This document shows positions 49,601-61,709 of a DNA stretch of 64,000 bases, in pieces. This DNA comes from Ptychomitrium polyphyllum (Eukaryota): positions 5,456,001-5,520,000 of the forward strand of contig OZ316776.1 in assembly GCA_973851085.1 (NCBI GenBank), given 5' to 3'. The translations under genes and the position numbers were made by a program. The notes beneath the pieces were generated by a model that was not told the DNA's origin, searched no databases, and saw only the letters and a list, made by a program, of their open reading frames with translations. Within the stretch, counting starts at the first letter, position 1, and each line of letters starts with the position of its first letter.

Positions 49601-52150
49601 AATAATTTAATGTTGTAGCTATTTTAATTCCATTATAAACTTTTGTATTAATAAACAAACTATAAGTATTATATAAAAAATTCAAATGATATACAAAACA
49701 ATCACTAAATGTAAATAAATAAATTTGAATATCTAAATGATTAAAATTGGAACATTCCTTATTTTATAGTTTAAGAACCTACATACAAATAATCATTTAT
49801 TAAATCTATGTTTAATTTGAAACATTCATAATAAATTGTAGATTTAAGAACCAATAACAATTAATTTTTAAAAAAAAATGCTTCAATCTTTTATTCATGC
49901 TAATTTCTTTATACATCAAGATTCAAATTGTCTTTTCAGTATTAATTTTTTTATAATTAGATGATATTTAACAAAATAAGCCTTAACAAAGAATAAAACA
50001 TTTTTATTGGAGATCATAAAACGTAAGAGATTTTGGCCTTCATCTTTTTTGCCAATTAAAAACCAACATAAAATGTTCAAAAACTAAATCAATTTTTAAT
50101 TTTTACTTATTTTAATGCAATTTTGTTGAAAAATCTACTTGTCTCTTAGTTTCTATGCTAAGTTAAGGAACTATACCATGTATCTTGCATTTCATGAACA
50201 TGTAGTCATGGTTTTTGAATCCTTATTATAAATTATAAATATAATTATGAAATATAAAATCTACAATTTAATCATAATTAATTTAAAAATTACAATACTT
50301 ATTATGTTGAAATTCCATTAAAAATTCTATTAGTAATAAGAGTTCAATATTATTTCAGATCTTTGTACAAAGTATGAAAACAGCCTTATAATTTTGTCAT
50401 GTTTTTTTGTTTATTTGCACTCGTAATTGACTTTTATTTTTTACTTTTATTAAAATTTAAAAATATTTAAAAGCATTTTTTTGTATTTATGTTTAAATAT
50501 AGGTTTGGATTTCAAAACATGTTGCAATTCAGAATTTATATGATGATTTGAAAAAAAAATTGATTTTGTGCATCAACACAAAATGATTAAGTTAATTTTA
50601 ATGAATTTGAAAACTGCACATAAATCTATAATCCATTTATACTTATAAAATAATACTCATTGTTGTATTAAAAAGTCAAATTTTAAAATTTTATTATATT
50701 TGAAAGTTTCACAAGCATTATCTTCAATTAAATCTATATAAGATTGAGTAAAGAACTTTTAAAACTATTTTATTGTACATATTATTAAAAACATCTTTAA
50801 ATCATTAATTGCAATGTCCATTGATAGTTTACAAAAATAATTAGTATTGTAAGTAGATACTTTGTGTTTTCAAAAAAAAAAAAAGTACATTTAACAATTC
50901 ATGTTGTTTGTAATCTATAACATTATTATTATTATTACCATTGAATCAAAATTTTGAAACATCATATTAAATTAATTTAAAAGCAAACTTTGAAACTTTT
51001 GATTTATTACAAATGAAATTTTATAAAATAAACCATAATTAAAATTATATTTATAATTAAAGTTTCAATGTAATCATTTATTTAACAAAACATTGCCATT
51101 TTCGAATATTATTTTCTATAATAAAAAATGATCATTAAGCACATTTGGCAGTGGGATGGAACTTTTGAGACTTTGGTATAATATCCTTTTAAATATAGAA
51201 GGATGATTAAATGGTGTTGGATGTGACTAGATGTTAGTCATACTCTTAATTGTTGAATTATGGGGAGAATTTAGTTGGGAGACTAAGTGTAGGATTGGTA
51301 GACCTATACTTAGAAGAAATATGGCCTTTATTATAAACTAAATGATGAAGAAAGAGTTGTTGTCAAGATAGAGAATCTTTAGCAACTTCATGGTGGAAAT
51401 TAAGTATAATTTGGAAGATCCAATAATGCAAAAACCTTATCTACACTTGAGCATAATTGCCTTAAATGTAGTGTTTTGAGGATGAAAGTGGTGAATCTCC
51501 ATGAGTGTTAAAAAGTCTAGGACTTGGGGTATAAATTCCATAATTTGGAGTTTAGATGGGCTTTCTTATTTACCAATCCATGACGTGGATGTACAAGAGG
51601 AATAAAAGATTACGGTTTGGAATAGTTAGTCTTTAGTGCAAGTAGCACAAAAAAATTGCATATGTGCATGCTTTAGAAAAATGAATTTCATAAGAATTTC
51701 TATTTGATTTAATTTTTAAGAAGATAATTTCCATTGTTTACAAATAACATAGAAGAAAGAACTTAAATAGGTAAAAACATAACTCACTTTTATGATTTAA
51801 AGTTATTATATCTGGTTGTGATACAAAAATAATTTTTTTTTTTTCAATCTATTTAAGATTCTATTTGAAATTATTAGTTGTAATCACATTACAGACTTGG
51901 ATTTTTTCATGTTTTATTATGCTATTAAAAATTATATGTTGTTGATAATAAAGGTCTATTTATGATACTAAAAATTATAGTAGTTTATAATCCACTAATC
52001 AATGTAATAATATGTATTAGAATTTTAACCACAAGCATACAAGAAATCCAAAGAAGTCCATGAGTGCAAAGATCAAAACATTTGAACCTACCTCCTAATG
52101 TTATATGTCATTTTGGAAGAATATAGACAAAAAACACTTAATGGAGAAAA
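46650..52150. other. Very AT-rich, ORF-poor intergenic tract, probably ancient decayed repeats
   Basis: Only one short low-complexity ORF in the track; no recognisable motifs. Confidence 0.5.
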
Positions 52151-52213
52151 TGGATGGTTTTTGATGCACAAATTTGAAGGACTTGTTAGAAAACAAGAAA
52201 TCTTTGAATCTAG

Positions 52214-52221
52214 GTATATTC
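52214..52221. promoter_or_regulatory. P1BS element (GNATATNC) upstream of the SPX gene
   Basis: GTATATTC about 1.36 kb upstream of the SPX ATG. PHR1-type factors are known to act on SPX promoters through P1BS. Confidence 0.45.
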
Positions 52222-53577
52222 CATTAATTCATACAAGTATGTAATTAATACATGAGAAGTGAAAGGAATGGTAACAATGACATGGAATACTTTTAGAGCT
52301 TTTGATTTTGCATTGGTATCTACATGGCATTAAAGTAGAGTGGCATTGAATGTAGTTCAATCCTTCCAAACAATATTGGTTGGAGTTCCACAACAGAGGA
52401 GAAACAGAGGAGAAACCGAGAGAAACAAAGGAAAAAGTTCGGAAAAACAATGTGCTATGCTGGAGATATCCTCCAAACTTGTGAGCCCTCGTGTGGCAGT
52501 CCCCTCAATTACTTCATAAAGGTCTCCAGAATAAGAGGCTTCAACTAAACGAGCCAGCACCAAATGGTATCCCACATGAAACCCAAAAGTATCGTACGTT
52601 TGTGAACAGAAAAAGTATAGTTACAGACATTCAACAATTAGCAACCGAGAATCAGTATCTTGCCCACTCGCTTGGGTGAAGAGCGACACAGAAGATTCCA
52701 GCACCCGGAATGTTCAGTGCACAATCTGCGCCCCGTGAGAATTATATCTGCTTCAGTCCCACCATATCGGGCTATTATCAACTCATCGCTGATCCATATC
52801 GATCATAACGCGGCCCAACTGGGAAATTCTCCGGGTATTAATAGAATCCGCGGAAGATACCGTGGAACTACAGCGAAGGCACCATAATGGAGTTTCAACT
52901 CACACAGGCCTTGAAACGATAGGGATGTTTCTAGAATCTTGTTGCTCTCGCGGGCTCTCGTTGTTCCCCTCACAGCGTAAAGCAAAACCGTCACCGCCCC
53001 CTGAAACCAACATCTTCACGGAATTCCACGTTAAGAGCTCTAGAGTCTAGGAAGATTTAGATGTTCTGTCGATACCACGTAGATACGGTTGCTTGTCTGT
53101 GTTTCGGCTTCCCTGTCCCGGCAGACCTCTCATTGTAGCGACCAAGGAGAGCCAGTACACAAGGGCAGCATGAAGGCGACAAAGAATTTATGAAATTTTA
53201 GATTTCAGGTCATTTAGTGTACAGGTTTGGTAGATGATGTCGATCTCGGATGCAGTAACGGTTTTGGGAAATGCGATTTCTTCATATTTTCAGCGAGGTA
53301 GGGACGAAGAGAACCCGGGGAGAGTGAAGCGAAGAAACGCGGCTCTGTCTCGTTGTTTGTTTGCACGGCTGTGGAATTCATTGTCGCCGAGGGACACCAC
53401 GAGTTGAAGCTCTCCGAAGTGGATTGAATTGGCGGAGGTTTGGTTGGGGGAGTGGAGTGATTTAGTTGTGGTTCAGTTCGGTTCGGTTCGGTTTGGATTG
53501 GATTGGGGGAGAGCGGAGGTGGGCGCAGGGGGGCATTCAGGGTTGGAGCGGAGGGGAGGATTTCGAGGGCGGGAGAG

Positions 53578-55992
53578 ATGAAGTTTGGAAGGCTGTTATT
53601 GCAGTTGCTGGAGCAGATGCCGGTGGAGTACCGAGACAAGTTCCTGTCATATAAACAGTTGAAGAAGGTGATAAACACCATTCTGCGGGACAATTCGTTG
53701 CCGGTTGCGGCGTTTGTGGAGCTTCCGGAGGACGGCGGAGAGCGGGCGTCTGTGGAGGCGATAACGGCGCGTGATGTGGAGGTGGCGTGGCCGCTGGTGG
53801 AGGGGGGCGAGGTAGAGCCTGCGGTGAAGCGGGCAAGAGTTGACGAAGGGATGGCTATGGCCGTCGCAGGGGAGGGGGATAGTGTTGTTGTTGTGGTTGG
53901 GATGAAGAGGAAGCCTGGTGGAGAAGGAGGTGGCGCAGGAGCAGAAGTAGAAGCAGAAGCCGGGGAAAATGTGGCCTCTGTGCCTATGCAGGGGGAGGTT
54001 TTGGCTAGCAGCCAAGCTGCTGGCCGTGCTGTAGGTGGAGAGGAGAAGGAGCTCTCGAAAGAAGAGGAAGATTTTTTGCATCTTCTGAATGTGGAGCTTG
54101 AGAAGTTTAACCATTTTTTCACCGAAAAAGAAGAAGACTACGTCATTCGCTTGCAAGTATGCAGAACTACGTCTTCTGTATCTCTAGGGGTTTTCTTTCT
54201 CAAAACGATCTGGAGTCGTGTATTTAGCGTAAATATTGTTTGCACAAATTATTTTTTTCATGTTGAAGTTTCTGCTTCAGGAGTTGCAATGGATTCACTT
54301 CACCGATTGTGTACATGCAAATCTTCTCTTGGTTAATCCTGACCCTGCATTATAAGGGCATGGCAGCTTAACGTTCTGTGCATGGTGGTGTTCGTGCTAG
54401 TTGTGACGAATGATTTAATGGCAGAGGTGCAATGTAGGGGTTTGGTCCTAACGTCTCTCTTGCCGTTGCTTCTCTTGAAACTTAGATTTCCACTTTGTCG
54501 ATACATAATCTAGGTCAGGACACTGGACATGGTGTGAGGGCCATTGAGATTTATGCGTTTTATGCAGGAGTGACGTGGAAGATAAATTTGTTTTTTGAAT
54601 GGAAACCTGCTTCGTCCAAACCTTTATCACGTCTAAAGGGTTTTTATATGATTGGTTTATTGGTCTTTCCTTGGGTGAAATTGATCGAGTTCCTGTAGAT
54701 CCACCACCGAGGGTCAGTGAGAATAGCCTTAGCTACGGTGTCTTACAATGTTATAACAAGTTCGAGTCTTGCTTCCGCTTCTTATTATGTTCAAAAGAGT
54801 GTTGCAGGCTGTCGGACTTTATATCTTTTGGGTATGCAGTACAACAACGATAGGAGTGTTAATTTCTTCTTTTGATACAGGAGCTGAAGCAGAGGCTGGA
54901 GAGGCTTCGTCAGCGAAATGGTAGAGACGTGCATCATAGAGATTGGAATGAGGATCTAATGACAATCCGCACCGGTCTTGTCACGTTACACGGAGAAGTT
55001 GTACTTATGGAGAGTTACAGTACTCTCAATTATACAGGTTAGTTTCTTGGACATCACTTTTCCTTTATTGTTAATGGTCTTTCACAAAGTTCAGGTTCCA
55101 CGGTTATAGATCTGAACGAAAGTTTTCATTATGTTTACAGGTGTAATGGCGGGCGATTCATCAGCTTTTTTTGTTCAATTACTAAACTCACTCGTAGAAA
55201 CGTGTTGAAGTGAAGATTTTAATCTTGAGGCTACTACGTGTTTGTTCTTTGTCCTTGAACTGTAGGGTTGGTGAAGATATTGAAGAAGCATGACAAGCGA
55301 ACAGGAGCGGTCCTTCGCCTGCCTTTTATCAGACGAGTGCTCCTACAGCCGTTCTTCTCCACTGAGCTTCTCTTACAGCTTATTCAGGAGTGTGAAAATC
55401 TTTTGTCAACTTTCCCACCTCCGCCAGTTGAGGAGAGTATTGACGTCGAGCCAGTCGATGGAGCAGGATACTTTCAAAGCGAACCACGAGAGCGATCATA
55501 TCCAACAGGTATTTTCAGCTTATTGCTAGTCATACTATTCTTGGACGCTTTCCGATATCACTTAGCAAGCATAGTGTTACCTCTTTTAACTGAGGATTTC
55601 AGGCTTTGCTAGTGGAAGTCTGTACGCTTCTCCATGATGCTGACGGAAAGTTTGAAGCAACCTCTTGATGGACTCTATATGCTGTTTTCTATGGGGAGTT
55701 GGGGTGCAATATGGAATACTTCTACCTAGATCTTCGTTTGCAAGTTTTTTTCCAGTTTAAGATATGGTTGCCTTCACACATATTATTTATAATATTATTG
55801 TTATCATCAGATCATGCCGCTAGAGGCATTTTAAAGAGCACTGTGGCTGCATTACGGACCATCCAGGAGATGCGGAAGGAAAGTTCTACTGTCAGCGCTC
55901 AGTCCTTGCCGCCTTGCAATATAAACGGAAATGATGAACGGCACGGTATAGTTGTCGATGAGGGTCAAATGGGACCTGTGGCTTCGATATGA
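53578..55992 (+). CDS. SPX: Stand-alone SPX domain protein (SPX1-4 class phosphate sensor); exons 53578-54156, 54881-55037, 55266-55508, 55811-55992
   Basis: MKFGR...[87 protein letters not shown], and C-terminal [27 protein letters not shown]. Canonical introns. Confidence 0.95.
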
Positions 55993-57050
55993 AGGAGCAA
56001 TCCAAAAAACAGGAACCTGAGAGCATGGCCTATGCCAGTTGAATGGCAAGAGAAATCAGAGATCCTCGAGAACCTAAGTAGGGAGATTCTTGAGTAGTGG
56101 CCATTTTTTCACATTGCTTTGGAGGTTCCAAATGGTGCGCGGTGATTGAATGCATGCGTGATGGAAATTGCACTTCCCGTGTGGCATTTCTTGTAGATCC
56201 ATTCTTTTATGCGGATCCAGCAGAGCGTCTAGGCCTGGGGGAACACATACCTCAATTGCGGGATGCTGGGGAATTGGGTCACCCGTTTCTGCAAATAAGT
56301 GCAAGAATCACACTGGGTATTTAATAGCTTTGTAGGGAAATTTACTTGTAGGAAAGCCTTTACACTAGAGCGTCAACTCTCCTCGAGCTTTCAGCGGTAT
56401 CTTCACAGGTGTAACCTATCTACGATGGCCAGGCGAAAGAGGATAGTCAGTTCCTTGTGAGGGTCTTGGTACGGCTCAAGGTCGAGAAAAATCAGGGTGC
56501 ATATAGGGTCACATTCATGCATTTGGAGGAAAGGGGTAGCTGTGGTGTACCATTGATACGATGGACATTTGTGTGAAGGACCCTTTGTTACACTCTTTTA
56601 CGGGGATTGAACCCCAAAGAGCGGCCTGGTTGTTTGGTTGACAATGAAATCAAGAACAAGTGTGCGCAGGACAGAAGTAGATGATTTACAATGGTTCGAG
56701 GGAGTGAACTATTAAATATAATGTATTTTCTGAAGTTTTCTCTGAAATTTGGATTACAGATGACGATTGGTTTGGCATAAGCTGGCTGTCTCCAGCCAGC
56801 GATGCCTCAATGTTTTTGCTTGCTACCTGGTACTTCCCAACATAATCCACAGCACTATGCAACCTACTCCTGAATTATTGAGTGTTCGTAATGGAGACAT
56901 TAAGTGTTCTGTTGGACTTCACTTATTTCTTTCCCTTTTTCCTCTCTTCTTGATTTGTTTTTTTTCTGTTCTTTTTTAAGTTATCAACATATGTTTTGTT
57001 TCGGTATTACCTTGCTATCTCGAAGGCACCGAATGTGTCTATTATAATTC

Positions 57051-57395
57051 GTAGCTGCTGCTGCAGGTCTGCTGCAGCAGCTTTGGAGCCGGTTCCCTTC
57101 TTGTGATGTGCTGTACGTTCTTGGCATAGTTTATTTGCAGTGTAAATAGCAAGGCTGAGGAGAGCTTCAAGAAGCATCTTGCATGACCAAGGGATGGTAT
57201 TGTGAGCCTTGCTGTATTGTCGTTATGAGAGGCCTGTGAAGCTGGTGCAGCCCATGTTGGATGTGCGGAAGCTCGATGGGCAGCAGATTTCCTTCAAGCT
57301 CGCCATGAAGAACAACTACGTCATGGCCATAGAGAAGCCTTTCAGTGCTGAAGAGTGCCCCTGTACAAGGCTCCAAAGCCATCACCTCCGAGTAA
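57051..57395 (+). mobile_element. Decayed hAT-superfamily-like transposase fragment (C-terminal region)
   Basis: Across frameshifts it reads LLQQLWSRFPSCDVLYVLGIVYLQ / AEESFKKHLA / KGWYCEP / LVQPMLDVRKLDGQQISFKLAMKNN...PCTRL. This resembles the RFP..LG.VYPQYW..F..HL..YC..LD.Q..FK..M..N..P.TRLW pattern I recall from moss and algal hAT-like proteins. Recognised by eye only. Confidence 0.5.
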
Positions 57396-59074
57396 CTCAC
57401 TCTCGTTGAAGCTGAAGTTATTGGTCGCTTTGCCGAGCTCCCTGTATATGAACATGCGCAGCGCAAGGGTTGGATCTATAACAAGTCCCAACTTGTCTTG
57501 GGCCATTCCTAGCAGAACTCTTTGGTGTTAACCGGTCTGCAGTCCTTGAGGGTCGATTGCACAGAGTCTTGTGAAATTCTGGCGGAAGGTTACTATGCAC
57601 ACCCCACATTGCAGCGTGGTTTATAAAGTGCACCTCATATTCCTGCGTACACAGAGAAAGAGAGTGAACTGTGTTAACAGCAAGGGCGACCGAAGAACCG
57701 CACTTTTCTAGAGCATGTGAACGACTGAATCGACGCTTAGTGATGATCTGTCCTATATTCGTGTGTGATTGGTCAGTGTTGAAAAGGATTTGTGACCGTT
57801 TTGGAACGATGCAACATAATCTGAGCCGGAATCGAAAATGTTCGTTTCTCTGTTTGTAATGAGAAGAGGAATTGTTCCAGTTTCACATTTGTAATTAGAA
57901 AAGTGTGCCTTGGTCATTCATCGTTTGTGCACTTTGCATTATCAATCTCATCTTTCATATGGTGTGATGCATGGCAAAGGTTCCGAAAATACATATGAAG
58001 CATTTGATCCAGTCTGCTTCGTAACGCGTCATCATTTGTTTACAAATTCTTTTGTCCTTAAGCAACATTTGATCATCGAAACTATCCATGTGCATGAATC
58101 GAAACTAGTGCTTGGCAATCCTGTCTCGTTTAGAGTTGTCAAAACGTCGCTGATCAGGTACGATATGGTAGTTTCCATGATAGGGGTCAGCTCCACTTCA
58201 AATTGCAGCAAATTGAGTGGATTACCCCAAACATGCTGGTCTTATGCTTGACTTGAAGAGGATCGTATGCTCCTCTTAAACAGGTCTCGTGTCTCGATCA
58301 CAATTTGGAATCCTACCAAATTATCTACTGATCACGGTGCGCAACAGTCCTGGAGTGCTTACGATACTTAGTGCATGTAGAGGAGTGCAACCTATGTCCA
58401 GCAAATATCCTTTAACTTTGAAGACTTCCGCTCGACAAAGGATAACGATTCCAGTCCTTAAATCTTCAAATGCTCAAATCCTTGCGAAGTTGCAATCGAC
58501 GCTTTTTTTTCTCATTTTTATATTCGATATAGGACAGGTCGATGATCGTTTTCTGATGCGATAAAGCCATCGGCAAGAATAAATTGAAAGAAATGACTGT
58601 GCATCTCACAATTCCAACTTTTGAACAGCATTTAAGTACCTACGCAAGCACGAAGTATTTGTCGGTAGATGTTTTCACTAAAGCAGATAAGGGAGCAGGC
58701 TGCAGAAATGTTGAGTGTCCAACTTGAAATCTCAGGAGTTAATAGAGGCCAACTTGCAGTGTGCTTATCACCATACTCATTCGGAATCTTGAAGCATTCT
58801 TTAGCTCTTATTTAATTTGTCTGTATTCCTGTCTCTCCCACTTTCCAAACATATGAGTCGTCTGCATCCCTACCGACTCTCATGACCAATATAAAAGCAA
58901 TGAATTGCGTGACATATTATACAGACACGTAGTACCTTGATTTTATACGGAATAGGGATTGGGCAAATTTGGTATTCTTCCATCTATCTAAGTCCAACAT
59001 TTTGCAATGTTCAAGTTTTCTAAGCCACTGCCTTCCCAGTATTTTGACTTACGTCCCAGAAACGTTGTAAAATT

Positions 59075-61270
59075 CATATTTTGGAGGTGTATGCATCATA
59101 CTGCACGTGACAAAGAGAACGAATTAGTATGGTCGAAAAGGGGTATGCTGGCAGTATGTCCATGAACTCTCCAGATGAAGTTGTCGGTAGTGGAATTGTC
59201 TGTAACAGGAGAATAGTCCAAGGGGGTGACACCGATAAAGAGAACAAAGTTGTGTACCTCGGGCTATGGACAAGATCATCGATGCAAATTGAGTATGGAA
59301 GTGTTCTACCCATGAGTCTGCTCAAGTTATCCGTTCATACTGCCTCTGCTGAGTATTTCCTCAAAGAGTCGGCGCCATTTCTTTGGCAGCATTTCAAGTC
59401 CCAATGCAGTTCTCTTCTGTGATTGCTCATATAGTCCACCGTATATCTTGTCCAGTACTCCCACCAGCAAAGCGCCAGTAAGCTTGGTTTCTTGTATCGA
59501 AGGCTCCAAGAGACAGCAATGGACCTTCACTGGGACTAAAATCATAAATGGTGAGAGCAGTCTCTTCATACAGGCATTCCCCTTTACAGCTGATTTGCTA
59601 GATCTTTGGGTGGGCTTGGGTGTTGATGCTCTAGATAAATACAGCCACTCTGACTTCACTCTCTTGGAAATCAACGCCCCTAAGAGCCACATCCCACACA
59701 TCGAAGGAAATAGCGCAAACTTTTTATGAAATGGAGATTGCGCGTAGTACGATATGGTGGCAGGGGAAATGACCGAAATCTGCAACTGGACCATTCTGCA
59801 AAACATCACGTTGCATGATCCGAGGAACGATGAATATGCCTTAGAGCCATTAGCCAGTTGGTGCAGACGAAATCAGGGCAAGAGCATTTTCTGCAGCTCC
59901 AAGGATCAGGTCTCGTCGCGGGTGGAGGAAAACCAAGTATGTTTCCGTGTGCGTCGTCCCATCTTCTCAGAACTCCACGATAATGTCGATCTCAGCTGGC
60001 GTCGGGTGGCAATTGCAAATGCTAGAGTTTGTGCCGGCTGAAGAATTCGTCACCTTGACCATAGCCGGCACCTCCGACGAGTGGTTTGGCTGCGTCATCA
60101 TCACAGATGTCAAGCTTGGTTTGGAGGGAGCATTTGATCCAGGAGCGGCTTCGAGCAAGGGTCACTGAACAGAGAATGAGTCGTTAAGACTGGCACTGCT
60201 TGTCTTGGGAATAATGCTGTTTGCTGCCATGGTCGCAATTATCTCAACGTGCATCCGTCGATGAGGCGAGACTTTTAGTCAAATTGGTGGTGACATAACC
60301 AAATATACCATTAGGCAGATGAAAAAGATCACAAGCAATATCCAACACTAGATTGGCAGTGGTGGGTTTTCTGCGGTGTACCTCGGGGTGTGGCAGATGG
60401 CACCAAGGCTGCGGTGAAGAGAATTCTGAAGCCCGATGTGAACATATAAGACGAGGTCGACATGCTGTACCAAATCCATCACCGACGAATTGTGTGCTTT
60501 CTAGGGTTCTGTGACGGTAAAAGCAAGCGGCTCCGTTGATCGATCCAGTCTGTAGAGTTTGAGTTAAAGAATTCTATATGTCAAGATATAACCTTATTTC
60601 CTGAACATGTGCAGAGGTGTAGTTCCTGGTTTTCGAGTACATGGAGAACGGCACCCTATACGACGTTCTTCATAAAAGGTTCGATGAGGACGCCATACTG
60701 TAATTAGAACAGCGTCTCAAAATTGCACGAGATGTTACCCAAAGGTCTGGAGTTATCTGCATCATGGTGCCAGTCCTAGCGTCATCCACAGGAGCATCAA
60801 ATCCGCCAATGTCTTGCTCGACAGCAATCTCTCTGCATATCGGACGGACTTCAAGATTTTCAAACAGGGCCACAAGAACATCCTCAGCATAGACGACCCC
60901 CTCGAAACCGACAACTACAAGGACACTTACTACTACGTCGACATAAAATACGCAAGTAACCTCTCGATCTCCACTAAGAGTGACGTCTACAGCTTTGCGA
61001 TGCTTCTCATGGAGCTCGTCACGGGACAGAAAGCCATCGCTGTGAACAGCTTGCTGTATGCCGCCAAACATCGCAAACGACGATTAATACAGAACCTGAG
61101 TTGCTGTTGGACATGGTTAGCCCTTTCATAGAAGCCGAATTTGAATTCGATGCTCAAAGGCTGGAAACCGGTATTCGCTTTGGCGTAAAGATGTTTGCAA
61201 TCCGTGAGAAAGAGAGGAAGTCGACCGTCCACATTTGAGATTGTTCGGGTGTTGAGGCCTGGAGAGTAGG
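59075..61270 (+). pseudogene. Non-processed receptor-like kinase pseudogene with an atypical ectodomain
   Basis: Transmembrane helix LALLVLGIMLFAAMVAIISTCIRR (about 60190-60261). Kinase remnants YTIRQMKKITSN..*IGSGGFSAVYLG / DGTKAAVKR / FLVFEYMENGTLYDVLH / YLHHGASPSVIHRSIKSANVLLD / KSDVYSFAMLLMELVTG. Intron 60517-60614 is retained. Many stops and frameshifts. Confidence 0.85.
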
Positions 61271-61709
61271 CCGACGATCAAATGACAACTATTTTATTCA
61301 CTTCCCCATCTGGTGCCGGAGGGAGATCATTCAAGCTCTTTGACATCGATTCTAGAGCGGCGGCTGTCACGACGGATTGCTCCGTGTAGGAGTCTTTTCT
61401 TCTCGCAAGGACGGTGATGATTTATCATCTCGCAGGGCCGGGTGCTTATCACTGCATCACCATCAGGATCTTTCTGTATCACGCTCGCTTTGTATCACAA
61501 CTACTGCCTAATTCATTGAGTACAAGTCACAGGATGCTGTGAAGGCCCACGCTCAGAGTAAACGCAATCAATGTGCTCTTATTGATGTTACAAACTCTGC
61601 TCCAGGTTTAGTATTCCACAATGCAGTTACTTGGCTAGCCAGAGGGTATCATACAGAATACGATTGTAGCACAAATAAAGCAGTGACAGTTGTACAACTG
61701 GACTCTAAA

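Noticed and set aside
51140..51650. Less AT-rich island within the AT tract, possible TE coding relic
   Set aside because: No interpretable reading frame or motif.
53214..54156. Long antisense ORFs (302 aa, 169 aa, 99 aa) over SPX exon 1
   Set aside because: These are shadow frames of a GC-rich coding exon with low-complexity Ser/Pro translations and no recognisable domain.
55509..55612. Hydrophobic read-through of SPX intron 3 as a membrane-anchored isoform
   Set aside because: T-rich introns commonly translate as hydrophobic. Canonical splice sites and a conserved exon 4 explain the gene.
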